DNA from: a candidate division WOR-3 bacterium
GTDB lineage: Bacteria; Hydrothermota; Tepidihabitantia; Tepidihabitantales; Tepidihabitantaceae
Assembly (NCBI GenBank): GCA_965649295.1
Contig: CBFGKH010000002.1
Coordinates: 1-64,000 of the forward strand
Direction: 5' to 3'
DNA: 64,000 nucleotides
In this document: positions 1 to 8,284 of the stretch, piece by piece
Numbering within the stretch: the first letter of the stretch is position 1
How the letters are laid out: each line of letters starts with the position of its first letter
Notes under the pieces: generated by a model
What the model saw: the letters and a program-made list of their open reading frames with translations, nothing else
Told to the model about the DNA's origin: nothing
Databases searched by the model: none
Translations under genes and position numbers: made by a program

Positions 1-1288
1 GAGAACGACGGTGGTAGCGGGCTACGCAGGCAATTGTTCGCACCTCTTCATCGTCGAGGCGTAAGAGGGTTAGGGCGTTGATAAGGTACTCGCTGTGCTT
101 GTGATGGGCGCTGAATGAGACCGACTTGCCGATATCGTGAAGGTAGGCAGCGATAAGCAGGTAGTTGATGTCGCTTGGCTCAAGCCCAAGCTGGGACCCG
201 AGGCCGTCGAAGAGGCTGCGGCACAGCTGGGCAACGCGTCGTGCGTGCCGGACATCGGTACCGTGGCGATAGCAGAGGGCGCGGGCAACAGCTAATTGCT
301 GACGGAGCTTGTTGTAGCGTTCGGCCTTGCCCAAGTCGAATAGCCTGTAGTTGAGCAGGGCTTCGGCTAGTGATGTCTGAATGACTGCCAGTCGGTTAAG
401 GCCGAATACGTTGAGGAGCGAAGCGATCGTGACAGCGGTGGCGGTTATGGTTGGCGCGACATCATCGGCCAAACCGTAGACTTCTGCCAGTTCGGCTGGC
501 GAGCGACCGCGACACCGCTGCCATAATTCCTCGATTGCCTGCCGGTCAAAGCTAGCCACCGCTGGTGTTTCTTGGTCGGATTGGAGTACCGCTACCGCGG
601 CTGGGGCAATGGTCTCGCTGAAGAGAACTATGTCTTGAGGAACAACCCGTGGCAACTGGCGACGAAAGTCTAGTAGTTCGGTCTCAACATACTCCCGCAG
701 CGCATCAGCGGCGAGGGCTGGTTCGGCTCGGGTTCTTTCGAGCAAGCGAGTCAGGCGCAACGCGCCCAGGGGCAGGCCGGCTGTAGCAATCACCGTGCCC
801 CGGCGCAGGAGGGAGAAGTCAGCCGACCCCGAACCGACGTCGGCGGTAAGGATGTTACGTTTGCGCACCGGCAAGGTTCGGCTTAGTCGGGACCAGAGAA
901 AGGCGTCGAAATAATAAACCACGTCGCCGGGGGTGAGGACCCTGACGTCCCAACGGCAGCGGCGCCGAATCCAGTCAATCGTTACCTCGCGATTGCGTGC
1001 CTCACGGATGGCGGTTGTGGCGACAACTTGGACGGCTGTCGTGTCGTATTCGGTCAGCACTTCCCGGAAACGTTCGAGCGCAGCCAGCAATTGGGAGGCG
1101 GCCAGTGGCGAGATGGTGCCGCTGCGGAAGACTTCTTGGCCGATCGGCACCGGGAGACGTAGAGACTCAAGTACACGCAGCTGTTCAGCCTGGCGTTCCC
1201 CCAAGACCAGCCGAGTATGGCTCGAGCCAATGTCAATGACTGCGGCCCGGGGCGGGCCGGTGCCGCTAGCTGCGCCGGTAGTGCTCAA
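1..1288 (-). CDS. ppx: Ppx/GppA exopolyphosphatase with C-terminal HD domain (3' end runs off the window)
   Basis: Not in ORF track; manual translation gives AAVIDIGSSHTRL, VVATTAIREARN and IAAYLHDIGK..HHKHSEYLI. Probable TTG start at 1288 overlapping the CYTH gene end. Confidence 0.85.
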   Translation of the reverse strand, partial: MSTTGAASGTGPPRAAVIDIGSSHTRLVLGERQAEQLRVLESLRLPVPIGQEVFRSGTISPLAASQLLAALERFREVLTEYDTTAVQVVATTAIREARNREVTIDWIRRRCRWDVRVLTPGDVVYYFDAFLWSRLSRTLPVRKRNILTADVGSGSADFSLLRRGTVIATAGLPLGALRLTRLLERTRAEPALAADALREYVETELLDFRRQLPRVVPQDIVLFSETIAPAAVAVLQSDQETPAVASFDRQAIEELWQRCRGRSPAELAEVYGLADDVAPTITATAVTIASLLNVFGLNRLAVIQTSLAEALLNYRLFDLGKAERYNKLRQQLAVARALCYRHGTDVRHARRVAQLCRSLFDGLGSQLGLEPSDINYLLIAAYLHDIGKSVSFSAHHKHSEYLINALTLLRLDDEEVRTIACVARYHRRS

Positions 1289-1796
1289 TGAGTTCAGCAA
1301 GACCCCATGGTTTCAGTTGCTCCGCCGCAAATCCGAGTAGCCAGGCGGTGTTCCGCACGTCGGCAATGGTTGGGGCCTCGATTTCGAGTAGCGGCGGGAT
1401 AAAACTAAGATTTCCTTCGTAGCAGTCAATCTCGCAGCGGGCAGTGCCGAGTTGCCAACTGCGGCGTTGTTTGATAACACGGTTTGTGATGACCAATCCC
1501 AAGGCCTGCAACAACGCGGTGCAGCCAGCAGCGTCGTCCACAGCCACTTCCAACTCGTCCCGGACCTTCGCGCCGTCCTCATGCTGCCGCAGCTTGCACG
1601 TCAGACGAACGGTATCACCTTCGCGGCGGAGACGTAGATAGCTGCCTTGAGTAGCCAGACGCTGGTCAGGGAAATCGAAGAAGGTAGCCTCAAGCTGACC
1701 AGCAAAGACTGGCTTGGCACCGAGTTCGCGCAAACGACTTTCGATCGCGGTCGGGTCAATGTCGAGTATCTTGGCTTCGGTTTCCTGGATACGCAA
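1266..1796 (-). CDS. CYTH domain protein (class IV adenylate cyclase / triphosphate tunnel metalloenzyme)
   Basis: ETEAK N-terminal ExExK motif, YLRLRR, K.RR.W, LLEIE; GGAGG RBS before TTG start. Confidence 0.85.
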   Translation of the reverse strand: MRIQETEAKILDIDPTAIESRLRELGAKPVFAGQLEATFFDFPDQRLATQGSYLRLRREGDTVRLTCKLRQHEDGAKVRDELEVAVDDAAGCTALLQALGLVITNRVIKQRRSWQLGTARCEIDCYEGNLSFIPPLLEIEAPTIADVRNTAWLLGFAAEQLKPWGLAELIEHYRRS

Positions 1797-1903
1797 TAAT
1801 AGCCTCCCGAGTTTGCTAATGATTAGGCTGGTGTTAGCTAATTGTCAAGGGCAATGTTAGTTGGCGGCGGGTGCTTCACCCGGCGGTGCTATGGGGTGAG
1901 GCC

Positions 1904-2413
1904 CTACCTTGAAAAGCAGCGGACGATTTCGCCGATGTAGAGGCGATGGTAATCCTTATTGGGGTAGTTCCGGTCAATGCGGTAGTCAAGGAATCTTGCT
2001 GGGTCAAGGTCGGTGGTGTAGAGCTTGCGGCAGACGAGAATGAGTCGCGCCTGTCTGAAGCTCACCGTGCCCGCGATTGGTGAGAACGGTCGCAGGCCGG
2101 TCGCTGCCGCCTTATCGTGTTCGCGGCCGGAATGAGTGCCGCAGAACAGTAGTGCCTGACGGTAACGCGCGGCGAAAAACGACAGCGTGAAGCGCGAGCT
2201 GCGTTCCATGAAGGAATAGGTATGCCGAGTCGGCCGGACGAAGGCGAATGCCACCGGCTTGTTCCAGAGCACGCCGAGACCGCCCCAGCTAGCGGTCATT
2301 GTATTCCATCGCCTCAATGTCCCGGCAGTGATGAGCATCCAGTCATCGCCGATGAGTTTGAAGACATTGGCGCGGATAGCCTTGGGGTCGAGGGTCTTCA
2401 GTTTGGTGTTCAT
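1904..2413 (-). CDS. Flavin reductase family protein
   Basis: WMLITAG, NTMTASWGGLG, VRPTRHT, CGTHSGR..DK, YHRLYIGEI. Confidence 0.9.
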   Translation of the reverse strand: MNTKLKTLDPKAIRANVFKLIGDDWMLITAGTLRRWNTMTASWGGLGVLWNKPVAFAFVRPTRHTYSFMERSSRFTLSFFAARYRQALLFCGTHSGREHDKAAATGLRPFSPIAGTVSFRQARLILVCRKLYTTDLDPARFLDYRIDRNYPNKDYHRLYIGEIVRCFSR

Positions 2414-2624
2414 TGCCGGTAGTTCTCTTGGCCTGTCTGAGCTAGGCTAGCGCTGTGGCTAGTGATAGTCAACAGAGAGCTGCTCCCAGGCTTCTACTAT
2501 TGACAGTCGCGGTCTGCCAGCGCTATTATCCTGCGACCAAGGTCGGTGGGCCCAGCCCGTCGTGACAATACAATACACCTGTTCGGCGGCGCTGAGCAGT
2601 GCGACCAAGGGATAGGAGGCAGAC

Positions 2625-4538
2625 GTGGTACGGATCGTTATGACAAGCGCGGTCATCGGTACGATGCTCATGGCCGCTGGTGTATATACTGCTCTACCTG
2701 CAGCCGCTGGCGGCAGCGACGCCATTGCAATTCCCAGAATACTTTCTTATCAGGGCAAGCTGACCGACACCTTAGGTGTGCCGGTGGCAGACACGCTCTA
2801 CTCGGTGCGGTTCCGGCTCTACACCCAGCCGTCTGGCGGCACTCAGTTCTGGGAGGAGACCCAGAGCGTCCGCACTCGGGCCGGGTTGTTCCCGGCATTA
2901 CTCGGGTCGGTGATGCCTATCAGCGCACTGCCCGATGGTGGTGAGGTCTATCTGGGAATGGCGGTTGACGGTGGAGCCGAGCTACTGCCCAGGCTACGGA
3001 TAGCCAGCGCCGCGTATGCGTTTCTTTGTGAGCGGGCGGCGAATGCCGACCTGCTACAGGGCCGGGACACGGCTGCGCTCGATGGCCGGTATGTGAACGA
3101 AGGCCAAGCAAACGCAGTCAGCTCAGCGATGATTACTGACGGCACGATCGCGGCTAGTGACCTTGGGCAGATGGGCGCCACTGCCGGCCAGGTAATGAAA
3201 TGGACTGGCAGTGCCTGGGAACCACGGAACGACAGCGTCGGCGTCTCTGGTGGCGGCACGGCAACAAGCGTTGGTCAGGGGACCGGTGTGGTCTGCACGC
3301 CCAATCCGATCACGACCACCGGCACGGTTGGGTTTGACCAAGCCTATGGTGATGGCCGGTATATCAACGAAGGCCAAACCGCGGGCGGCGACCTTGCTGG
3401 TACCTACCCCAACCCGACCATCGCCCAGAAGGGCGCAACTAGCAATCAGGTATTGAAATGGAACGGTACTACCTGGGTGCCTGCGAACGAGGCCTGGGTG
3501 CGTGTCGGCACGGACAGCATACTCTACACCTCAAGCCGCGTCGGCATTGCTCGCGGCGGGTCGTTCAACATATTGCACGGGACACAAGCCTACACCCAGA
3601 CGAACCTGGGCGCCTACCAATGTACGACCGGTGTTGCCGGTGTGAGCTACGACTATCAGACTGTTAGTGGCGGCTTTCGCTGTGTTGCCGAGTCAACAAG
3701 CTCAACTGTTGGTGGCGGATATGGAAACAAAGCCCGGGGGCAGTACTCGACAGTGGCTGGTGGCTTCGTGAACACAGCGACCGGTAGCCAGGCCACAGTC
3801 AGTGGCGGGTATGTGAACAGTGCGGCCGGCGAAAACTCAGTAGTTGGCGGTGGCGCCTACGACACCGCTGCGGGCCGCTTTTCTATGGTCAGCGGTGGTT
3901 ACAGCAATACCGCAAGTGGCAATGGTGCTACCGTTGGTGGCGGTGGAGTTAACACTGCGAGTGGGCTTTACTCCACAGTCCCGGGTGGTGAAGAAAACGC
4001 GGCTCGCGGTCGGTTCAGCTTCGCAGCCGGCTGCCGTGCCAAATCCAATCACTCCGGTTCGTTTGTCTGGGGCGATTCGACATACAGTGATTCTGTGTAC
4101 ACCACCGGCGCAAACCAGTTCCGGGCCCGCGCTCGGGGCGGGACGTGGTTCTTCAGTAACGCAGGGATGACGACCGGTGCTTATCTGGCACCGGGTTCCA
4201 ACTCGTGGGCCTCAGCCTGTGACAGCGCCACAAAAGAGGACTTCCGCGATGTGGACAAACAGGAGCTACTGCGAAAGGTTGCTGGGCTGCGGGTGCGGAA
4301 CTACAAACTAAAGGACCAGAATGACGGCACGCGGCACATCGGACCAGTGGCGCAGGAGTTCCATGCCGCGTTCGGCGTTGGCGAGAACGAGAAGAGCATC
4401 AACCTGGCCGATGCCGATGGCGTGCTTCTGGCCGCCGTCCAGGCGCTGTATGAACAGAACCAGCAACTGTTCGACCAGAATCAGGATCTGCGGGCCGAGC
4501 TCGACGCCTTGAAGGCCGAGCTGGTTGCGCGAAAGTGA
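2625..4538 (+). CDS. Secreted fibre/adhesin-like protein with C-terminal intramolecular chaperone (peptidase S74-like) domain
   Basis: Signal peptide; ILSYQGKLTDTLGVP N-domain; 14-aa GGxxNxAxGxxSTV repeats; C-terminal KEDF...HIGPVAQEFHAAFG...DADGV.LAAVQAL plus coiled coil; AGGAGG RBS. Confidence 0.8.
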   Translation: MVRIVMTSAVIGTMLMAAGVYTALPAAAGGSDAIAIPRILSYQGKLTDTLGVPVADTLYSVRFRLYTQPSGGTQFWEETQSVRTRAGLFPALLGSVMPISALPDGGEVYLGMAVDGGAELLPRLRIASAAYAFLCERAANADLLQGRDTAALDGRYVNEGQANAVSSAMITDGTIAASDLGQMGATAGQVMKWTGSAWEPRNDSVGVSGGGTATSVGQGTGVVCTPNPITTTGTVGFDQAYGDGRYINEGQTAGGDLAGTYPNPTIAQKGATSNQVLKWNGTTWVPANEAWVRVGTDSILYTSSRVGIARGGSFNILHGTQAYTQTNLGAYQCTTGVAGVSYDYQTVSGGFRCVAESTSSTVGGGYGNKARGQYSTVAGGFVNTATGSQATVSGGYVNSAAGENSVVGGGAYDTAAGRFSMVSGGYSNTASGNGATVGGGGVNTASGLYSTVPGGEENAARGRFSFAAGCRAKSNHSGSFVWGDSTYSDSVYTTGANQFRARARGGTWFFSNAGMTTGAYLAPGSNSWASACDSATKEDFRDVDKQELLRKVAGLRVRNYKLKDQNDGTRHIGPVAQEFHAAFGVGENEKSINLADADGVLLAAVQALYEQNQQLFDQNQDLRAELDALKAELVARK

Positions 4539-4547
4539 GGCAGCGCT

Positions 4548-5102
4548 ATGAAGACGCATCTTGTTGCGCTGTTGTGTGGTCTTGGTGCCCTGGGTCTGCT
4601 TGGCAGTGACGCTGCTCGTGGCCAGCCCTATCGCTGTGACTGCGTGAACGGGATTGGGGGCGGAGAGATGAGTTCGACCGCGTATAAGTGCGGCTCCAGC
4701 GCTGGTCAGACCGCAGTTGGGCTGGCGACAGCATCGGGTCTAGAGGTGTTTGCCGGGTTCTGGCTGCCCGACTATGGCGTGGGCATCGAGAAACGAGATG
4801 AGGTTGGCACCGGCAGTGTCAGGCTCATGACTAAGCTGGAGACGATTGCACCCAATCCAGCTAGACAACGCGTTGCTATCCGCTACTCGCTTGCCGATGA
4901 TGGGCTGGTGTCACTTATGGTCTGCGACCTGACCGGTCGGGTGGTGCGCGAGCTTCTCGGCGCGAGCGTTGGGCGAGGGGAGCACGGCGTTGTCTGGGAT
5001 GGTGGGGACCGACTTGGCCGGCTAGTGCCAACCGGTGTTTACCTGATACGACTTGCGGCCGGCAATTATGCCGCAACCCGTAACCTGGTGCTGCAGCGTT
5101 AG
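4548..5102 (+). CDS. Secreted protein with FlgD-Ig/T9SS-type C-terminal domain (fibre partner)
   Basis: Signal peptide; GIGGG..GQTAVG..AGFW motif; PNP..IRYSL..DLTGRVVR..WDG.D..GR.V..GVYLIRL. Confidence 0.8.
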   Translation: MKTHLVALLCGLGALGLLGSDAARGQPYRCDCVNGIGGGEMSSTAYKCGSSAGQTAVGLATASGLEVFAGFWLPDYGVGIEKRDEVGTGSVRLMTKLETIAPNPARQRVAIRYSLADDGLVSLMVCDLTGRVVRELLGASVGRGEHGVVWDGGDRLGRLVPTGVYLIRLAAGNYAATRNLVLQR

Positions 5103-5115
5103 TTATAGCAGAGGA

Positions 5116-5160
5116 CCGAGGCCTCGGGCGAGCGAGTGGCGCTTGGGGCCTCGGTTTTGT
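5116..5160 (+). terminator. Intrinsic terminator
   Basis: CCGAGGCCTCGGGCG...CGCTTGGGGCCTCGG stem (with G-U pairs) followed by TTTTGT. Confidence 0.7.
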
Positions 5161-5365
5161 AATTTGGGCGCAGGGTTTTGGCGGTGGGTGTGTCGAATAT
5201 AGCGGAAGTTGAATATTCCGTCGTTCCAACTAGCGTTTGCTGTTGGTGATTCGGAGAATGGGTAATGTGGTCCGATGGTATGGTGAGTGTGCATGGCCGC
5301 GCAACGAGTGTGCCAATCGGTGCAACAACTACCGGCATCTTGGTTTTGCTGTAGGTATTTCCTCG

Positions 5366-5381
5366 TGGCACAGTTGTTGCT
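5366..5381 (+). promoter_or_regulatory. Sigma-54 (-24/-12) promoter
   Basis: TGGCAC-AGTTG-TTGCT matches TGGCAC-N5-TTGCW exactly, about 60 nt before the next CDS. Confidence 0.75.
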
Positions 5382-5438
5382 AATTGCGGGCTGTGCTACA
5401 ATCTCGGACAGTGTGCTGATAAAGGTGAGAAGACAAAG

Positions 5439-6239
5439 TTGACGATGAGAGTACATCTAGTTTCAGTTAACGTGCTTTTGTTGGTGCTGGTGATGCCAGC
5501 GCTGGCGTATGATGACTATGTTGGTTATTCGAATGCGCCCGGGTCGCTCGGCTCGTGCGCTTACTCGTGTCATGGCCCAATGGGCGGGACAATCTGGGTG
5601 CAGGGCTTTCCTAGTAGCTATCAGCCCGGCGCAACCTACACGATTAGAGTCGGACACAGTGGAGGTTCGACGATTTCGAACTTCAATGCCTCGGTGCGGG
5701 TCGGCTCAGGCAGCACCACGGCTGGTGTAATCACTGCTGGACTGAACACGGCAACCTACAGCGTTACGGCTGAGCCGAATGGCGTGCATCTGAGACTGCC
5801 GAACCGTGATTCGGGCATCTTCTACTGGCAGGCACCAAACCCAGCGGTTGGACCGGTGACCTTCTACCTTGCCGGTGAACAGGGAACAACCCGTAACGGC
5901 CCCAATACCGAGATCGTTCTTACGGCAGTACCACTGGCCGCGGTCGAGGAAGCTAGCGAGACCAGACCGCTACTGGCATTTGAAGTCTCGCCGACAGTCG
6001 TCAGTTCTTCGACCACCATCCAGGCGACGCTACCGCAGGGAAACGGTGGCAGTCTGCGGGTGTTGGATGCGAACGGCCGAGTTGTGACCAGACTAGAACT
6101 GCCGGTAACGGCTGGTGGCCGAATTGCAGTTGGCTGGCGGCCTTATCGGCCAGACGGCTCACGGCTGGCAAGTGGGCCCTATTTTGTCCTGCTCGAGGCT
6201 GGCAGCGACAGGGTGCTAAGCCGAGTAACGGTGAGATGA
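5439..6239 (+). CDS. Secreted Reeler-like (choice-of-anchor V-like) protein with CxxxCH motif and FlgD/T9SS-type C-terminal domain
   Basis: Signal peptide; NAPGSLGSCAYSCH; YQPGATYTI; FYWQAP..GPVTFYLAG; C-terminal LDANGRVV..DGSRLASGPYFV. Start may be ATG 5445. Confidence 0.7.
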   Translation: MTMRVHLVSVNVLLLVLVMPALAYDDYVGYSNAPGSLGSCAYSCHGPMGGTIWVQGFPSSYQPGATYTIRVGHSGGSTISNFNASVRVGSGSTTAGVITAGLNTATYSVTAEPNGVHLRLPNRDSGIFYWQAPNPAVGPVTFYLAGEQGTTRNGPNTEIVLTAVPLAAVEEASETRPLLAFEVSPTVVSSSTTIQATLPQGNGGSLRVLDANGRVVTRLELPVTAGGRIAVGWRPYRPDGSRLASGPYFVLLEAGSDRVLSRVTVR

Positions 6240-7255
6240 TGATGAGGATAGTTGCCTTTGTTCTTGCTCTTTGCGGAGTGGTGCTGGCCTACCCGCGCTA
6301 CACCACAGTGACGGGTCTGCCGTGCCTGTTCTGCCATACTCAGCCGGACGGAACCGGTCCGCTAACTGCCGGCGGCCGCTACTACAACGAGCACCTGACG
6401 ATGGATGGGTATGAGCCGACGAGTTCGGGCAGCGCCTTCAGTGTTGGTGGCCGGTTGGGTGGACTTTTTGAGCACGACTTTGCTGACACTGCTCGCAATA
6501 CGTTTCTGCTTTACTCGGTAAGACTGAACCTGCTCTATCGGCCACACCCAATGGTTGAACTGGCCCTGGGCAACAATCTTGGTCAGTTCCGCGAAGCCTA
6601 TCTGGGATTGCGGTCACTACCCCTTCGTAGTCAGGTGCGGCTGGGGCTGCAGGAGATACCGTTTGGCTTGAATCCCTACGACCATACGCTGCTATTGGAG
6701 GATGATGCTGGGCTGGGACTGTCCCGCAATGATGTTGGTCTGTCAGTTCGGACCGGCTACGACTGGCTAGCACTGCGGCTGGGAGCATTCAACGGCGCAG
6801 GAGATAAACTCTTTGCTGCTGATAACGACCTAGCCAAGTCGTTTGTTGGTGACCTTTCAACAACGTGGCGCTGGGCTCAGTTTGGGGTCTCCGGCTGGCT
6901 TGACCGCTCGCCGAAGCGGCAGCGCGAGTTGGGTGAGGGCTACGCCTATCTGGGCTGGCGCTTTGCCACTGCTACTCTCCGTTACCAACTCGGCAAGCTG
7001 GGCGGGAAACGTGTGCGCGGCACCGAGATTGGGCTCGAACTGACGCCGTGGCGCTGGACAACCGTGCGCGGTACCTACGGCTTTTATGACCCGGATCGTG
7101 ACATCAGTCCGAATGCGCTCTGGCGCTCGGTCTTTGGTATCCGCGGCAATCTGCCCTACGGCATTCGGCCGGAACTGCTCTATTATCTGAACCGCGAGGC
7201 CGGCACCGAAAAGAACAACGACGCGCTGGTGCTGATGCTGCGGTTCTTCTTCTAG
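6236..7255 (+). CDS. Monoheme cytochrome c fused to an outer-membrane beta-barrel (OprO/P-like porin)
   Basis: Signal peptide; AYPRY..TGLPCLFCH; amphipathic strands, GAFNG motif; C-terminal LRFFF. Confidence 0.7.
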   Translation: MMMRIVAFVLALCGVVLAYPRYTTVTGLPCLFCHTQPDGTGPLTAGGRYYNEHLTMDGYEPTSSGSAFSVGGRLGGLFEHDFADTARNTFLLYSVRLNLLYRPHPMVELALGNNLGQFREAYLGLRSLPLRSQVRLGLQEIPFGLNPYDHTLLLEDDAGLGLSRNDVGLSVRTGYDWLALRLGAFNGAGDKLFAADNDLAKSFVGDLSTTWRWAQFGVSGWLDRSPKRQRELGEGYAYLGWRFATATLRYQLGKLGGKRVRGTEIGLELTPWRWTTVRGTYGFYDPDRDISPNALWRSVFGIRGNLPYGIRPELLYYLNREAGTEKNNDALVLMLRFFF

Positions 7256-7263
7256 GAGAAGGT

Positions 7264-7650
7264 ATGCGACAGCTTGCGACAGTTACAGTTATTGTCCTGT
7301 TGGCGGCTACTGCCGGGTGCAAAGAAGAACTGGGTAATCCCAACCCGCCTGCCGCTGACACGACGGTTTCCTACACCAATCATATTCGACCAATCTTCGA
7401 CAGCGACTGCATGCGCTGTCACTCGGGCCGAAGGATTGAGGGCGGACTCGATCTTTCGACCTATGCGACGCTGCGCGCAGGCGGCGTCAGTGGCGATCCG
7501 ATTGTGCCGGGTCAGCCTGATTCGAGCCTGCTCATTCGCAGCGTTGATGGGACAATGACTAACCATGCCGCCTATTTTGCCTACTCGCCCGGTGACACGG
7601 AGTTGACGCTGCTCCGGCGCTGGGTAGCCCAAGGCGCGCTTGACAACTAA
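7264..7650 (+). CDS. Planctomycete-type cytochrome c (PSCyt1-like), probable lipoprotein
   Basis: TAGC lipobox-like; VSY..HIRPIF..CMRCH; GGLDL; IVPGQPDSSLL; WVAQGA. Confidence 0.8.
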   Translation: MRQLATVTVIVLLAATAGCKEELGNPNPPAADTTVSYTNHIRPIFDSDCMRCHSGRRIEGGLDLSTYATLRAGGVSGDPIVPGQPDSSLLIRSVDGTMTNHAAYFAYSPGDTELTLLRRWVAQGALDN

Positions 7651-7661
7651 GGAGAATAAGA

Positions 7662-8048
7662 ATGCGACGACTATTGCTGTCCGTAGCGATTGCCGCAGCA
7701 GTTGCGGCAGCGTGCAATATCACTTTCACGCCAGCCCGCGACACTGCGGCGGTTGGTGATACCCTGACATTCAAGGTGCTTGTTACTAATATCCATGTTC
7801 CCTGCCTGCTGAAGATTGATGCGTCGAAGTTCACTTTCGTGAACGCCCATCTCGTCAGCAGTGACTCGGTATGGAAGAAGCTTGGACCGACGAAGTTCGA
7901 GAAGAACATTGCGGTTGTGCTTGATTCCGTGGGCACGGCCAGGGTGATGGCAGTGCGCAAGTGCGATATCAAGCAGTCAACCGGGACCGCGACGATTCTG
8001 GTCACGCCGGCCAAACCGAAACCCAAGGCCGAGCCGACCGAGGAATAG
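7662..8048 (+). CDS. Secreted Ig-like hypothetical protein with Cys/His residues
   Basis: Signal peptide, AAGGAG RBS, beta-rich, C..IHVPC..RKC. Confidence 0.65.
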   Translation: MRRLLLSVAIAAAVAAACNITFTPARDTAAVGDTLTFKVLVTNIHVPCLLKIDASKFTFVNAHLVSSDSVWKKLGPTKFEKNIAVVLDSVGTARVMAVRKCDIKQSTGTATILVTPAKPKPKAEPTEE

Positions 8049-8065
8049 TACCTAACTACTGGTCT

Positions 8066-8099
8066 TGCGGGCAGGCAGAAGCCTGCCCGCAGCTTTCTT
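8066..8099 (+). terminator. Intrinsic terminator
   Basis: TGCGGGCAGGC-AGAA-GCCTGCCCGCA stem followed by GCTTTCTT. Confidence 0.75.
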
Positions 8100-8250
8100 G
8101 GCGGGTAAATCTTGAGGCGTGGGGGTCGTCGAGGACGACGATGAGACGACGCGCTTTGGTGGATGGTACTCCAGCGATGGATGAGCCCGGAGATTTCCGC
8201 GTGACTATATTGTCGAGTTTGGGAGAACGGCTACTGGTCTGACTGCAGGC

Positions 8251-8278
8251 TTCACTTGGCGCTCCAACCGGCTATACT
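8251..8278 (+). promoter_or_regulatory. Sigma-70-type promoter, probably giving a leaderless der mRNA
   Basis: TTCACT-16-TATACT, ATG 6 nt downstream, no SD. Confidence 0.55.
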
Positions 8279-8284
8279 TGCCCG

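Noticed and set aside
70..1340. Short ORF-track ORFs at the window start
   Set aside because: Explained by the minus-strand ppx frame that runs off the window edge
2625..4538. Prophage suggested by the tail-fibre-like chaperone domain
   Set aside because: Signal peptide present and no capsid, terminase, integrase or other phage genes nearby
8100..8250. Possible gene remnant between the cytochrome operon and der
   Set aside because: No frame gives a recognisable protein
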